Assembly (NCBI GenBank): GCA_051294375.1
Contig: JBJCIZ010000836.1
Coordinates: forward strand, 1-64,000
DNA: 64,000 bases
From: Paraspadella gotoi
Taxonomy: Eukaryota; Animalia; Chaetognatha
Direction of reading: 5' to 3'
Numbering within the stretch: the first letter of the stretch is position 1; each line of letters opens with the position of its first letter. A program made the translations under genes and the position numbers. Below, one piece after another: positions 26,731 through 39,116 of this stretch. A model generated the notes under the pieces. It was not told the origin of the DNA. It did no database searches and saw nothing but the letters and a program-made list of their open reading frames with translations.

Positions 26731-29010
26731 AGTGGAGCGGCGCCGGGGAAGCTGCTGCTGGAAGTGGCGCCGCCGACGCCTCCTCGAAGAATTCCACGTC
26801 GAGGTCCCGCACCCCGAGAAGATTAGGGGCGCCGGACTCCGAGGGAGAGGAGGAGATGGGCGACCAATGGACAGGCAGAGATAAGGCCAAGGGGACTGAG
26901 ACCGGCGTCACATCAATGATCTCCGGCGTCACCTCTACCTCTATGATTTCCGGCGACCCGATGGGAGAGTCACTTATCCAATGGATGGTGGGTTCCCGCC
27001 GGGGGCGGACGGCAGTGGAGGTAGACGCCGGGACGAGGAAGGGCACTGGCGCGAAGATGGCGTCCGGTTGCACTGGCGCAATCGATGTTATCCTGTCTCC
27101 CGTCGGGGAGAGTTCGACGAGTTCGACATTCTTGACGGGATCGGATGCACCGGGAGTGGATGTGAAGTTAAGACCGGACGCGGAGCACGAGGGTGATGTG
27201 AGATCCGGGAGGACCGGCGAGATAAGCGCCGGATCCACCACGCGGAGTTGGGGCGCCGGGCCCGTGGCGTCAGCCATGGTATACCTCGATCTCGGTCGAC
27301 GGCCTTTGGGGAGTCGTGGATGACAGTCACGACGCCGGCGGATTCGGAAGTCCACGCTTGATTCCCCAGATGGGGAAATGGGGCGTGGAAAGGGATCCGG
27401 AGCGCCTCGGGGAAGAGACGCTAGCGAAGCCGGAACCCGACAACCGAAGAGCTGATGAAATGGAACCGGCGTCGGCGCTGATCCATCGGCGGCAGGTGGC
27501 GGAAGAGGTTCACACCTGGAGGGCAGATCCGGAGAGTGGCGGTATCCGCGGATCCAGGGGGAGCGCTGGAACAACCGGCGTTCCCAAAGAACCTGCTGAC
27601 GCTCATCTGCAGGGCCGAGGTGATGTCGAGGATGGGGAAAGCGGATGAGGAGAGCTCCGCACAAGCTGTGTTGAGACCGCCGGGGGAGCGTCTCCGCTTC
27701 CCACCCCGACACACCCATCTCCCCTGGAGTGTCATCAGAAGCGCCGTCTCGAAACTCCGCGGGGCAAGGGCAGACTGGACAGCAGTCACAGCCTCTCCTA
27801 CCCCCTTGGAGGCAGCCCTAAAGACAGATAAAAAAGAAAATTTAATTTTCTTCAAGTTTGGTAAAGGTTCGAGTAATGAGCAAACAAATATGACCGGAAG
27901 TGAACGAAAATCAGAGTGAACAAAGTCAAGTGAATGAATTGAGTGAAATCGATTCAAGATTGATTTAGGTTAGTTTAATTTAAATGAGCAAGCCTTACCC
28001 GGTAGGCGCGGTGGAGCCGCGGGGCGGCGTACACGAGGTGAGGGTCAGATCCACACCTTTCGGTGTGCATCGCCTCGAGAGTGAAGCTTGGAGGATCGCA
28101 GCACGTGGAGCCGTCGCGCTCCCGTGCCACGAAGATGCCTCTGCCGAACGCGAGACGGAGCTCGACCGGCGTCATTTCACGGTGGCTGATGTACCGCCGG
28201 ATCCAGGTGAAGAGCCAGCGAAGCTCCTCCCGGGAGAGGAGTTCCACCGGGGTTGGAGATAGACCCCGGGGGAGATACGCTGGCGTCCTTACCGGCGGTA
28301 GCGGAGGCCGAGGAGCGGCGGCTTTGGAGGAGGCGCTGGGATCGGCGTCGGGCGAATCGCCGTCGTCCTCCTGGTCCACCAGCCGAATGGGTGGAGGCTG
28401 GAGAAGTCTAAAAAGAGGAAAAGAAAAATGTCAAAAATGACTAAAAAAAGTTTCAAACTAAAAAATAATCGATTATAAACAAAAACGTGACCGACCAATT
28501 ATTCTTAAAGAGAAAACGAGTAAATAATCATTAAACAAATAGCCGGATTGCCTTAAAATCTCCTACTAATTGTACCCCGAAAATATTTACAGCCACTATT
28601 AATTATATGTTAATCGTTGTGTCGTAATCTTTTAAATACTGGTGAATACTAGTTATGTAACCTAGGTGTTGTCAATGCTAATGTATCATGCATTGTGATA
28701 TTGTCAATTTAAAGTCGAAAGATAATCGGCTTTGCATCGCCAGTGGTGCCTATCCGTTCGAGGTGAAAATCGTAATTGTCAAAGATTTCCTATTTTTAAA
28801 GAAAAGTTCGGGGATCATAAACAAACGATTGTTTTCATTTAACTCCTATTCTGTCGATTTTCGTTCGTAAATGTTTAGTGATAATATTGTGATAATATTT
28901 TGTCATTTTCTTTTGTCATTTTCCGTGGACTTAGCCGACCCCTTTTCCTTTGGAAAAACTTACCCCAGGGAAATAAGTGTAAGAAAAGTGAGGCCCGAGG
29001 CGAGGCGCAT
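26729..29010 (-). CDS. Three-exon orphan gene, ~514 aa, with hydrophobic N-terminus, Cys cluster and Pro/Ser-rich C-terminus (exons 29010-28964, 28407-27999, 27817-26729)
   Basis: GT-AG introns (GTAAGT..TTTTTAG; GTAAGG..TCTTTAG) join MRLASGLTFLTLISLG to ORF 27975..28379 and then to ORF 26729..27718. All phases are compatible (2, 0). Exons are GC-rich and introns AT-rich. Confidence 0.7.
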
Positions 29011-29091
29011 GTTGTCTGTCGTTGTTGTTAGAAAATAAAATTAAAATTTGACGAGAGTGGCGGACAACGCGGGGGAAAAATTGTTTAGGAG

Positions 29092-29128
29092 CAAATGAGT
29101 AAGACTCCTTTCCCCGATCCCTTTTATA
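29092..29128 (-). promoter_or_regulatory. TATA box plus Inr for the 26729-29010 gene
   Basis: Minus strand has TATAAAAG at 29128-29121 and TCATTT about 30 bp downstream, ~85 bp before the ATG. Confidence 0.6.
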
Positions 29129-30190
29129 GAAGGGCAAGCGCCGGGCCGGCATCGCGACGCGATGCGGGGCCCTCAACGCCGACGGGGAAAAAACGAGAGT
29201 CATCATCAATGTCTGATAGGGGGATAAGGGGAAAGAACAAGTGACATCCCTCTGAAGTCAGATGATTGAGAATAAAGATTTTGGGTCCGTGTTTTCAAAA
29301 CAAAAAGTTTTACGACTCGCTTGAGGACAAGCGGGCTGAGGCCTTTTTCCGTTGGGGGAGAGGGTGAAGCGGCTAAGAGAGAGAGAGGGAGAGCGACGGA
29401 GATATCGAGAGAGAAAGCGAAAGCGACGAATATCGAGAGAGAGAGGGAGAGCGACGGATACAGAGAGAGAGATAGATTGGCTTTTTCGTTTGACCTGCAA
29501 CTCTTCTGATAGGTTTCTTTTATTTTATATTATAATTAAAACCGATATAAAATGGCGTAGAATGTATCATATGTTTAAAGTAAATACATTTTTGGAATCG
29601 CCAGGACCTCAGCTTTCTGAAATTGTACTCCATTATGGCCTATTTTGAGGTTGATTTGAATGACCCTTTTTCTGAAATAGCGCGAGTTGATCCGCGGAGA
29701 CAGCGTTTTTCGCGGTCTGTTTTTGCCGATTACTTTTGAACGCTTAGTCCGATTTTCATGAAATTTTGGATTTCGGCTAATTTCGCAATTCTCCTTTCCA
29801 CGATACCAAATTTATATAGGAAATACGTCTAGTTTCGAAACGACTTGCATCCCCATATATATCATATTATATTATATTATAATATATATATATATATATA
29901 TATATTATATCATATTATATGTATTTTTCTTCCTATTTTTGTCAGTTTCTGCCTCTTCTGAACCCTTTAAAAACGAGTGAAGGCTATGCAGTGATTGTAC
30001 AACTGTCTTCCAGCGGCTGTCCAGCTTTCTCTCTTTCTCTCTCTGTCTCTCTCTGTCTCTGTCTGTCTCTTTCTTTCTCTTTCTGTCTCTCTCAGTCTCT
30101 CTCCCTCTTTCTGTACGATCTCTTGCATGATCGTTTTTGAAAAATTTTGATTAATTTTTTTCCTTTTAAAAACTTTTATTATCGCCATTT

Positions 30191-31320
30191 TAGGAGTCTA
30201 CGTCGTTCTTAGAAATCGAGGAAGACTTTTCAATGGAGATTTTCATTAAAATCTGACTACCAAACAATGTAAACGCCCCTGGGAAAAATTCAGGTAAAAA
30301 ATAGATGTAAAAACACTCAATTTAGATCCTTTTGCATCTCAAGAGCTCGCATTTTTTTCCTCTTGACAAATAACCATCATTTTGGCATCAAACCATCAGA
30401 TTCAAATGGTAGGACTAAGCTCTGACAAACAAAGCCAGAGGTTTTTTTAATATATTCTTAAACCGGCCAAGGTAGAATGATGGCAATATTGTTAATATTA
30501 AGTTTCAAAAAAATCCTACCATAAATATAGAAAATATCAACCAAAATTTTCGGAAAATCCACCCCTTCTTTGGAAGATTTTTGCCATAGAAGATTTTTAC
30601 TGAATCTGACTCCCGGTTGAAAACTCTTAGAATTCCGATCGTTAGATCCTCTTACTTTTACTACTTTAAATAAAAATTTCACCAAAATGGACTAATTCAC
30701 TTTCCCAAGATTGTATCGTATCAAAATAACCAAATAAAATGTAAAGAAAAATTTTGAGAGCCCTTCAGACATATGGCTATCGGATTCCTGAATTTGAAGT
30801 TTATTGTAAAATCACAACATATGTTAAATGCGTTGACATTGTATTGAAGTTGAGAAATCCCTTTATTTTATATATAAAAATTGCATCGAAAATATTTTCC
30901 CGAGCGGACCAGTCCATTTGAATCTGATGGTTTGATGTCAAATAGATGGTTATTTGTCAAGAGAAAAAAAATGCGAGCCCTTCAGATGCAACAGGATCGG
31001 AATCGAGTGTTTTTACTTCTATTTTTTACTTGTATTTTTCCCAGGGGCGTTGACATTATTTGGTAGTCAGATTTTAACGAAAATATCCATTGAAAAAGTC
31101 TTCCTCGATTTCTAAGAACGACGTAGACTCCTACAAATGGACTGGTCAACTCAGAAAAATATTTTTGATGCAATTTTTATATATAAAATAAAGGGATTTC
31201 TAGACTTCAATACAATGTAAACGCATTTAAGGTATGTTGTGATTTTACCATAAACTTTGAATTCAGGAATCCAATAGCCATATGTCTAGGACTAAGATCT
31301 GACGAAAAAAGCCAGAGGTT
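30191..31320. repeat. Unclassified interspersed repeat in a rearranged, fold-back layout
   Basis: 30191-30410 is inverted at 30915-31133, and 30765-30915 is inverted at 31136-31288. The same family occurs at 1-668 plus 2225-2305 and at 32108-32232. Confidence 0.6.
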
Positions 31321-31323
31321 TTT

Positions 31324-32104
31324 AGTCGGATCTGCTTATCAGCAGATCCCCGACTCTATAATTCACTTTGTCGGTCCGTCGTGTCCGCCCCTCAATATTG
31401 TCGGGCAATCACTTATATCATGTCAGAACATCGAATTATGATAAATTATGCAAAAAAAACGATGTCCGTCCGTCCGTCCGTCCGTCCTACCTTAGCAAAA
31501 AACGCCAATTACTCGTGATTGTATGGATGGATTGGAATGAAATTTTGTGTGTTGGTAGGGAAGTGTGTGATTGAGCTGTATATGAAGTTTCGATCGAATT
31601 GTCCGAGTGGAAATGAGTTTAAATGGAAAAAAACAAAAAAATATATTTCACTATTTGAACACCAATTATTCATGAGTGGATAGGGCGATTGACTTGAATT
31701 TTGTATTTGGTAGAAAAGTGTGTGATTAAACTGGAATTCAAGTTTCGATGGAATCGTTTGAGTGGAAATGAGTTTAAATGGAAAAAACAAAGAACCTATT
31801 TCACTCATTGATTATGCTTCTTTTTCTTTTTATTTTAAATGTAAATACAAGATGTATTAAATAATTAATCAGTTAATTAATCAATTAGTCAATTAATTAA
31901 TCAATAATTAATTTATCAGTCAATTAATCAATCAAAACAAACATTTCTGATCAAATTAATTAATTAATTGCCTAATTAATTAAATAATTAACTTGAATAT
32001 ATTAATTATTAATTAATTAAATAATTAATTAACTTGAATAATTATTAATTAATTAATTACCGATAATGATCGTGGGCAGATCCGACATTGTTTGCTCAAA
32101 CTTG
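31324..32104 (+). mobile_element. Full-length HINE-like family A element
   Basis: T-run; 5' subTIR GTCGGATCTGC with an adjacent inverted copy; (GTCC)n; 3' subTIR GCAGATCCGAC; hairpin GTTTG-CT-CAAAC; T-run. This is DINE-1/HINE architecture. Confidence 0.85.
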
Positions 32105-32410
32105 TTTTAATGTTTTCTTATACTGGCCATGTAGAATGTTGGCAATATTGCTATGTTAAGTTTCAAAAAATCCGACCATAAATATAGAAAAATATTTAAC
32201 CAAAATCTTTGGAAAATCCACCCCTTCTTTGGATCTTTTGTCGGATCTGCTTATCAGCAGATTCCGACTCTATAATTCACTTTGTTGGTCTGTTGATCCC
32301 CCTCAAATCTTGTCGGTAAATTATTTTTGTCATATTAGAACATCAAATTATGATAAATTATGTTTAATTGCGAAATTATTTCAGTTCAACAACAATTTTT
32401 ATTTAAATAG

Positions 32411-32450
32411 ATGTACTTGTTTCGGCTTTAATTCAAGCCTTCATCAGTGC
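32411..32450 (-). ncRNA. Hammerhead-like motif (stem I not evident)
   Basis: Minus strand reads CTGATGA-A-GGCTT(gaatta)AAGCC-GAAAC-AA-GTA. Confidence 0.45.
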
Positions 32451-33246
32451 TTTTTAGCACAACTTGAATTTTTATTATTTATGCTCACACATAAATGTTT
32501 TAATTAATTAATTAATTAAAGCTAACAAATAATGCAATTTGGAAAAAATTATGTAAGTTAAAAAAATTATTCAAGTTGAAAAAATTATGAAAGTTGAAAA
32601 AATGATTCAAGTTAACAAAATGATGCGAGTTGAAAAAATTATGCAAGTTGAAAAAATTATGCAAGTTGGAGAGGGGAGAAGGAAGGCTTGAAAAAGCCGA
32701 GATCGTGAGAGACGAGAGTGAGGCCGATCTCCAAGACCCTAATCCGTGACTCGGGGATGAGGAAGAAATAGTGAAACAAGTAATTTTGCAACTTTCAGAT
32801 GAATATGAAAAAAAAGATAATATAACTTAAAAATAAATAAAATATAATAAAACTATTAAACTATAATTAAACTATAATTAAACTATAATTAATTAAACTA
32901 TAATTAAACTATGAAAAAAAAGGAAGAAAAAAAAACAAAGATCTAAAAAAAAAAAAGAAAGAGATAAAGAGAAAGAAAAAATAAGAATAAGAAAAAAATA
33001 AGGAAAAAAATGTAAGAAAAATAGAGAAAGAAAGAAAGGGAGAACGAAAGAACGAAACAAAAGATAAAAAGACAACAAAGTTAATAAAGAACCATAAATT
33101 AGAAATATTAAAATAAAAATAAAATAAATACAAAATATTACAAGATTTATCATAATTTATCATCTGATTAGCTGCTTAGTGCGTACTGCTAAATTATCGT
33201 GGGCAGATCCGACCTTGTTTGCTCACACTTGTTCTATTAATTTTTT

Positions 33247-34105
33247 GTTAGATCTGCTTTCAGCAGATCCCGACTCTATAATTCACTTTGTCGGTCCGTC
33301 GGTCCGCCCCCTCAATATTGTCTGGCACACACTTATATCACGTCAGAACATCAAATTATGATAAATTATGCAAAAAAATGATGTCCGTCCATCCGTCTGT
33401 CTGTGTGTCTGTCCGTCCGTCCATCCTACCGTCCATCCGTCCGTCCATCCGTCCGTCCCACCTTAGCAAAAAACACCAATGACTCGTGATTGGATGGATG
33501 GACTTGAATGAAATTTTGTGTGTGGGTAAGGAAGTGTGTGATTGAGCTGGATATGAAGTTTCGATGGAATCATCCAAGTGGAAATGAATTTAAATGGAAA
33601 AAACAAAAAAAATATATTTCACTATTTAAATACCAATTGCTCATGATTGGATGGGCTGATTGACCTAGAATTTTGTATGTGGGTAGGCAAGTGTGTGATT
33701 AAGCTGGAAATCAAGTTTCGATGGAATCGTTTGAGTGGAAATGAGTTTAAATGGAAAAAACAAAAAACCTGTTTCACGAATTGATTATGCTTCTTTTTCC
33801 TTTTATATTAAATGTAAATGTAGGATATATTAATTAATCAAATAATTAATCAGTGAATTAATCAATTAGTTAATTAATTAATAACTAATTAATCAGTCAA
33901 TCAATCAAGTCAGTCGTTATCGGCATTATTTTCATCGTCGTCATTGCTTTTATCGTGGTTAGTGACGAAAAAACCTAAAAACAAACATTTGGGATCAAAT
34001 TAATTAATTAATTGCCTAATTAATTAATTAATTAATTAACTTGAATTATTTAATTATTAATTAATTAATAATTAAATCAGATCCGACATTGTTTGCTCAA
34101 ACTTG
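33247..34105 (+). mobile_element. Full-length HINE-like family A element
   Basis: Same termini and microsatellite as 31324-32104. It is immediately preceded by another family A 3' end at ~33198-33231. Confidence 0.8.
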
Positions 34106-35709
34106 TTTAATGTTTATTTCTTACATTCTATTTCGCGTAATAAGAGAAACGCTTAGCGTGCCAAAAATATATGGTTAAAAAATAGTAAAAATTTAGAAAT
34201 CAAATTTAAAAATTTAAAAGTCGATGGAGGAATCTTCATTGACAGACAGAAACACAGATATCATGTAGATTTTTCAAGTGATTAACTGAAAAACAGGTAA
34301 TTAACAAGGTTAATTACAGAGCCGTTATCAGTCGCGACTTTAAAAAATGGAGCGGAATGATTGGTCGGCACCTAAGAGGCGATTATGAGAAGAGGAAAGA
34401 GCTGAAGCTGAGCTGATGCAGAGAAGAGGAGAAAGAAAACAAAGAGAGGAATGGATAAATTTTAATACAACCTAGTAATTATAAGGTTCTCCAAAGTTTT
34501 TAAACATCAAATATAAAAAAATATTTTAAATTTACATTATCTCTCATATTTTCTTTCGTTCTCTTTTCTCTTTTCGTCTTTCTATTTATCTCCTCTATTT
34601 ATCGTTCTATTTATTCTGATCGAAGAAAACTAAAAAAATTTACCCTCTAAATTCAAATTCCAAGGCCTTAAGCCTAAGATTTCAGGGAGGGTCCGTCCAT
34701 TAACAGCTTCTTTCTCTCTTCTCTATTTTTGAGGATACCTTTTATATCTTTTGCTTTACTCTAGTAGTCTTTCATGAAAAAAGGGATCCAAAATGGAAAA
34801 ATATATTTTAATCTTTATTTATCTTTTAATCTACCTTTTATCTCTGTTTCATCTTATCTTATCATCTCTTTCTCATTGCAACGATTATTTTCTCTTTTTT
34901 CTTTTTGCTTCTTGTCTTTTATTCATTCAGACAGCGAGAATTAGGCGTTGCTCCCCCATTAACTCTTTCTTTTCACTGTTCTTTCAAGTGTTAAAAAGGA
35001 GAAAGCGAAACACATCATGAATAATGAGATGGAGGGAGAAAGCGAATGCTAGAGAATGAAGAATATAGATAGTTAAAGATCCTCGGCACAAGGCTCAGTA
35101 ACATTAGGGCAGTAGGGCATTTAAAAATAACAAAATATAACAAATCGAATAAGGTACATAGTTATTTTAGTGTAATCAAGTCTGTAGAATTCGATGTTGA
35201 TAACCATTTTTTTGTATAGTTTCATCTTCTTTTTCGGATATGGCGATTTTTGCAGCATATAAGGTAAAATTCAAATAGAGCAAACATTGTAAAGTATAAG
35301 AAACTCAAATTATTAAAATTTAATAAAAACATATTTAGCTTACATAATATGAAAATAAAAACCCATATAAATATTTTGATAAGTTTATTTAAAAATTTTA
35401 TATTTTATTAGCAGTTTTTTAGCTATATTTATTAATAAATAATAATAAAAAATAGGCTAAAGTAAAAAAATAAAAGTTTTAAAATTTTAAAATCGGATTT
35501 TAATTCCTTACAAAAATTTGATATAAGAAAGTATAATCCATTTTAACAAATTCTTTTATTAAGTAGGTTAAAAATATTAAAAACTATTTTTTAATTTAAT
35601 TTTTCAATTTTTGGCTTGTAGACATTGTGTTTGAACTTTCTTTTTGTTGTTTTATCAAAGTTTAGAGAGAAAACGAAAATGTCGTTGCAACAACAAGTGA
35701 ATTAATTAA

Positions 35710-35756
35710 TTCGGACATGTTTCGACTCTTATGTTTTTACGAGACTTCATCAGCAA
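35710..35756 (-). ncRNA. Minimal type I hammerhead motif in a Penelope-like remnant
   Basis: Minus strand reads TTG-CTGATGA-A-GTCTC..GAGTC-GAAAC-ATGTC-CGA. The neighbouring 35760-36130 resembles 11700-12100. Confidence 0.55.
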
Positions 35757-35808
35757 GTACTCAATAAGTGTTTAGTTTCACAAACATTAGTTTTTGAGAG
35801 AGAGAAAA

Positions 35809-35844
<36 letters not shown>

Positions 35845-36317
35845 TTTTCCAACAAAGAATTGAGCAAGGGATAGAGGTCAGATGTAAGGACAGGTGAAGG
35901 TGAGGACAGGGAAAGAGTAAGTGAGATTATAAATGGTGGAAGGAGAGAGAGAGATAGAAATCAATACATTAGGCAATGTACAACAATGATAAAATTTGAC
36001 AAAAACTAAACATTTAACATGAATTAATAAATTAGTTTGTACTGATGAAAGTTTGTAATTTTAAAGGAAGTGAAAAATGAAAGGAAATAGGAAAATGAGT
36101 AATGAGGGATAGATAAGTTAAAGATAAGTAAAATGATAAGATGAGAAAGAGCTCAAAATGAGCCGCTCTGATTCCGTCGACCCCCGAGCTTCAGGCCGCC
36201 GAGCTTGAGCATGTCAAAAGAGCCCTGGCGATCTATGGTTACCCTCTGTGGGCGTTCGAGAAGGCAAGGTTCCGGCAGAACCTGGCTGAGGATAGTGGCC
36301 ACCTAGGGGCTGTCCAA

Positions 36318-36875
36318 TAAGGCGTAGTAAAATTCCTAAGTTTAACTTTAATTAAAATTCTAAAAGTGAGGAACGAACAACATTATACTTATGAACATTT
36401 ATGTATAAAAAAAATTTATAATAAATTTTACAATTTACGCAGTAGGCCATATTTATACTAGTACTAAACCAATAAATGTTAAAATTTCAAAACAGTTTTT
36501 TCTAAGATTTTTTTGCAGATTTGGATTCGTCATAAAAAGTTGATGAAAAGAAATATAACTCTTTTTGAAAATTAACTTTTTATATATTAAATATAGTTTT
36601 TTTAATTTTTAACCCACTTAATGAAAGAATTTTTAAAAATGATTTATATTTTCTTTTATCAACTTTTGACGAGGTATTTAAATCTGCAATCAAAATTAAG
36701 AAAAGCCTATTTTGAAAATCTTTTGATTTTATAAGGATAGTACTATATATAAATATAGCCTACTGCGAAAATTAAAAAACATAAATTAATTTTTTTTACA
36801 AATTAATGTTCACTGATCGTATATTGTTCATAATTAACTTTTAGAATTTTCGTATGTAACTTTCACTACGCCTTA
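36318..36875. mobile_element. MITE with an 8-bp TSD (hAT-like)
   Basis: CTGTCCAA|TAAGGCGTAGT ... ACTACGCCTTA|CTGTCCAA, with long imperfect inverted arms. Confidence 0.85.
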
Positions 36876-37093
36876 CTGTCCAAGTAACCACTGACGCAGG
36901 TTCAACCTCCACCCCCCAGGAGGAAGAACGAGACCTTGCTGTTGAAGGACCGACCGCGCCCACCACAGTGCAAACGGGAGATAAACAGAAGCGTCTCAAG
37001 AACGTGATGGTTACATCGCAGGAGTATCAAGCCACCAAAAGCAAATCGGATCCGAGGCTCGGGCGATCTCCGCGGAAATGGAATCGCCGAATC

Positions 37094-37338
37094 CTGATTG
37101 GTCAAGCATGGAACCGGAATCGACCAATCAGCTTGCAGAATCATTGAAACTGTAAATTTTACCCACGTCGCCGATCCTCTTCCTTAGATATAAATAGACT
37201 TAGCTTGTTCTAGTTTCAGTAGAATTGATCAAGACTCCTGCGCGCGTCTCACCGTCACCTTTATTCTTCAGAATAAAACTTACCTTGATTTTGTCCATAG
37301 AAATCCATGAGTTTTAACTTAAATGTGGTGACAGGACT
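37094..37338 (+). promoter_or_regulatory. LTR-like promoter block (CCAAT boxes, TATA, Inr, AATAAA, possible PBS)
   Basis: CTGATTGG and CCAATCAG pair, TATAAATA at ~37189, TCAGT about 30 bp later, AATAAA at ~37272, TGGTGACAGG at ~37327. A Pro-rich ORF follows and is cut off at ~37525. Confidence 0.4.
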
Positions 37339-38566
37339 TCTGGGCAAGACTCACCACTCCTCCAAGAAGCCAAAGCCACCAGCAACCACGCCACCCGAAA
37401 TGGATCCTGCACCCTCAACCTCCACCTCTGCCCCCGCCGGGCAGATACCTCCACCACTCCCGGCACCCAAGGGCAATTGGACGGATTGGCGAGATCCCGA
37501 CAAGATGGCGCCGAAACTCGGTTTATATATATAATTTATATTCAGCTTGTCATCATCGATATCCTTAAAATTGAGTCAGGACAGTTATTAAATGTTTTGT
37601 TTACTTTTTATCAAAACAAACAAATATCCTCTATTTTACTTTGTCTCCTTCTCTCTCTCTCTCTCACTCTTTCTCTCTATCTCACTCTCTCTCTTTCTCT
37701 CTCACTCTCTCTCTCTCTCTCTCTCTCTTTTTATGCAATTGCGACGATCCTTATGCTTTTAAGTTTTTTTTAACTTGCATCATTTTTTCAACTTGTATAA
37801 TTTTTTCAACTTGCATTCCATCAAAACTTTATATCTAGCTTCTTCAATCACTTTCCTACCGGCTCACAAAATTTCATCTCAATCTATCATGGGTTAAAAT
37901 AAATAAAAAGATTCAAGTAAATGTGACTCATATTTTTTTCATTTAAACTCATTTCCACTGGTACGAGAGATATACTATTACACCTTCTGGCCATCTTGAT
38001 AAGGTTTGTGGGTACTCGAAACTCAAAAAACTTATCAGTTTATCAAGATGGCCAGAAAGAACGCTGTCGTAACGATTTTCTAGCTGCTGATTATCACTCT
38101 GTGAAACCGCCAGCTGCGTTTTGATTTCAGTGGATCGTTCAGCCGATTGTTTGGCTGACTGAGGCGTGGTCACAGTTTGACCACACCTTGACCAAGATAA
38201 AGATTCGCGGCGCTCAAAATCGAAAAAACTTATCAGCTTATCAAGATGGTCAGAAAGAATGGTGCAACCGCACTTTCGTTTCTGCGAATCGATTCGACTA
38301 GACGTTCTTATCTTTTTTTTTGTCTGGCTGACTGTCTGGCCGACTGCCAGAAAAAATTATGACATAAAAAAATGCTGACGTAACACTTTTTTAGCCGCGC
38401 GAAACCGCCAGGTGTGCTCTTTCTCGTCGAACCTCTTTACGTCTTTTGTTTATTGATAGATCTACACAGTGTCGGATATTTTTCTAGTTTTATTAGTATA
38501 AATTGGTCAAAAAAAATCAACAAATAATTTTAGTTCCCTTTATTCACCCCCCACTCTCTTTATTGT

Positions 38567-39115
38567 TTATTCAAATAAGTCAGGCATCGCGTTTGGATTT
38601 TTTAAGACGAATGGAATGTTTGGAATTACTATGCTAGATAGTTTTACCATATTCTGTTGACTTTCGCTTTCATTAGTTTCTCTACTTTTATTTTCATCAG
38701 TTTCATACGTTTTTTCAATTTTGGTTTCTTTTTTATCAATATTTCCAAATGTTTTTAATGAAGCGGGGTTTTCCTCATGTAGTTCTATAAACGTAGTTTC
38801 TTCGTGATAAGTGTCTTCGTCGGAAGAAGACGACGACAACGGTATCACCGAATTCTCAAAACCTTTATTATTTTTACTTTCCAGAAAGGTAAGTTTATAA
38901 TTCTCCTTAATTTCTTTTCTTTTTTTCAACAGAGATGCGAAGGTTTTTTGAGTCACTTCGCCATCGAATTCCACTTCTTCACCCGAATCGGGATCTTCTC
39001 CCTGTTTCTTCTCATATTTTCTAATACTCTTATTTTTTCTTTTATAGTATTTATTAATGCTCGACGTTCGTTTGGGCGGAGAGGGTCGATTTTTTTTAAT
39101 TTGATGTTGAATCAA
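38567..39115 (-). CDS. Lys/Glu/Ser-rich ORF, probably the 3' part of the 39117-40050 gene
   Basis: 182-codon open frame in AT-rich DNA starting 1 nt after the upstream stop. A candidate acceptor TTTTTTACAG lies at ~39150. The exact junction is unresolved. Confidence 0.45.
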   Translation of the reverse strand: MIQHQIKKNRPSPPKRTSSINKYYKRKNKSIRKYEKKQGEDPDSGEEVEFDGEVTQKTFASLLKKRKEIKENYKLTFLESKNNKGFENSVIPLSSSSSDEDTYHEETTFIELHEENPASLKTFGNIDKKETKIEKTYETDENKSRETNESESQQNMVKLSSIVIPNIPFVLKNPNAMPDLFE

Positions 39116-39116
39116 T

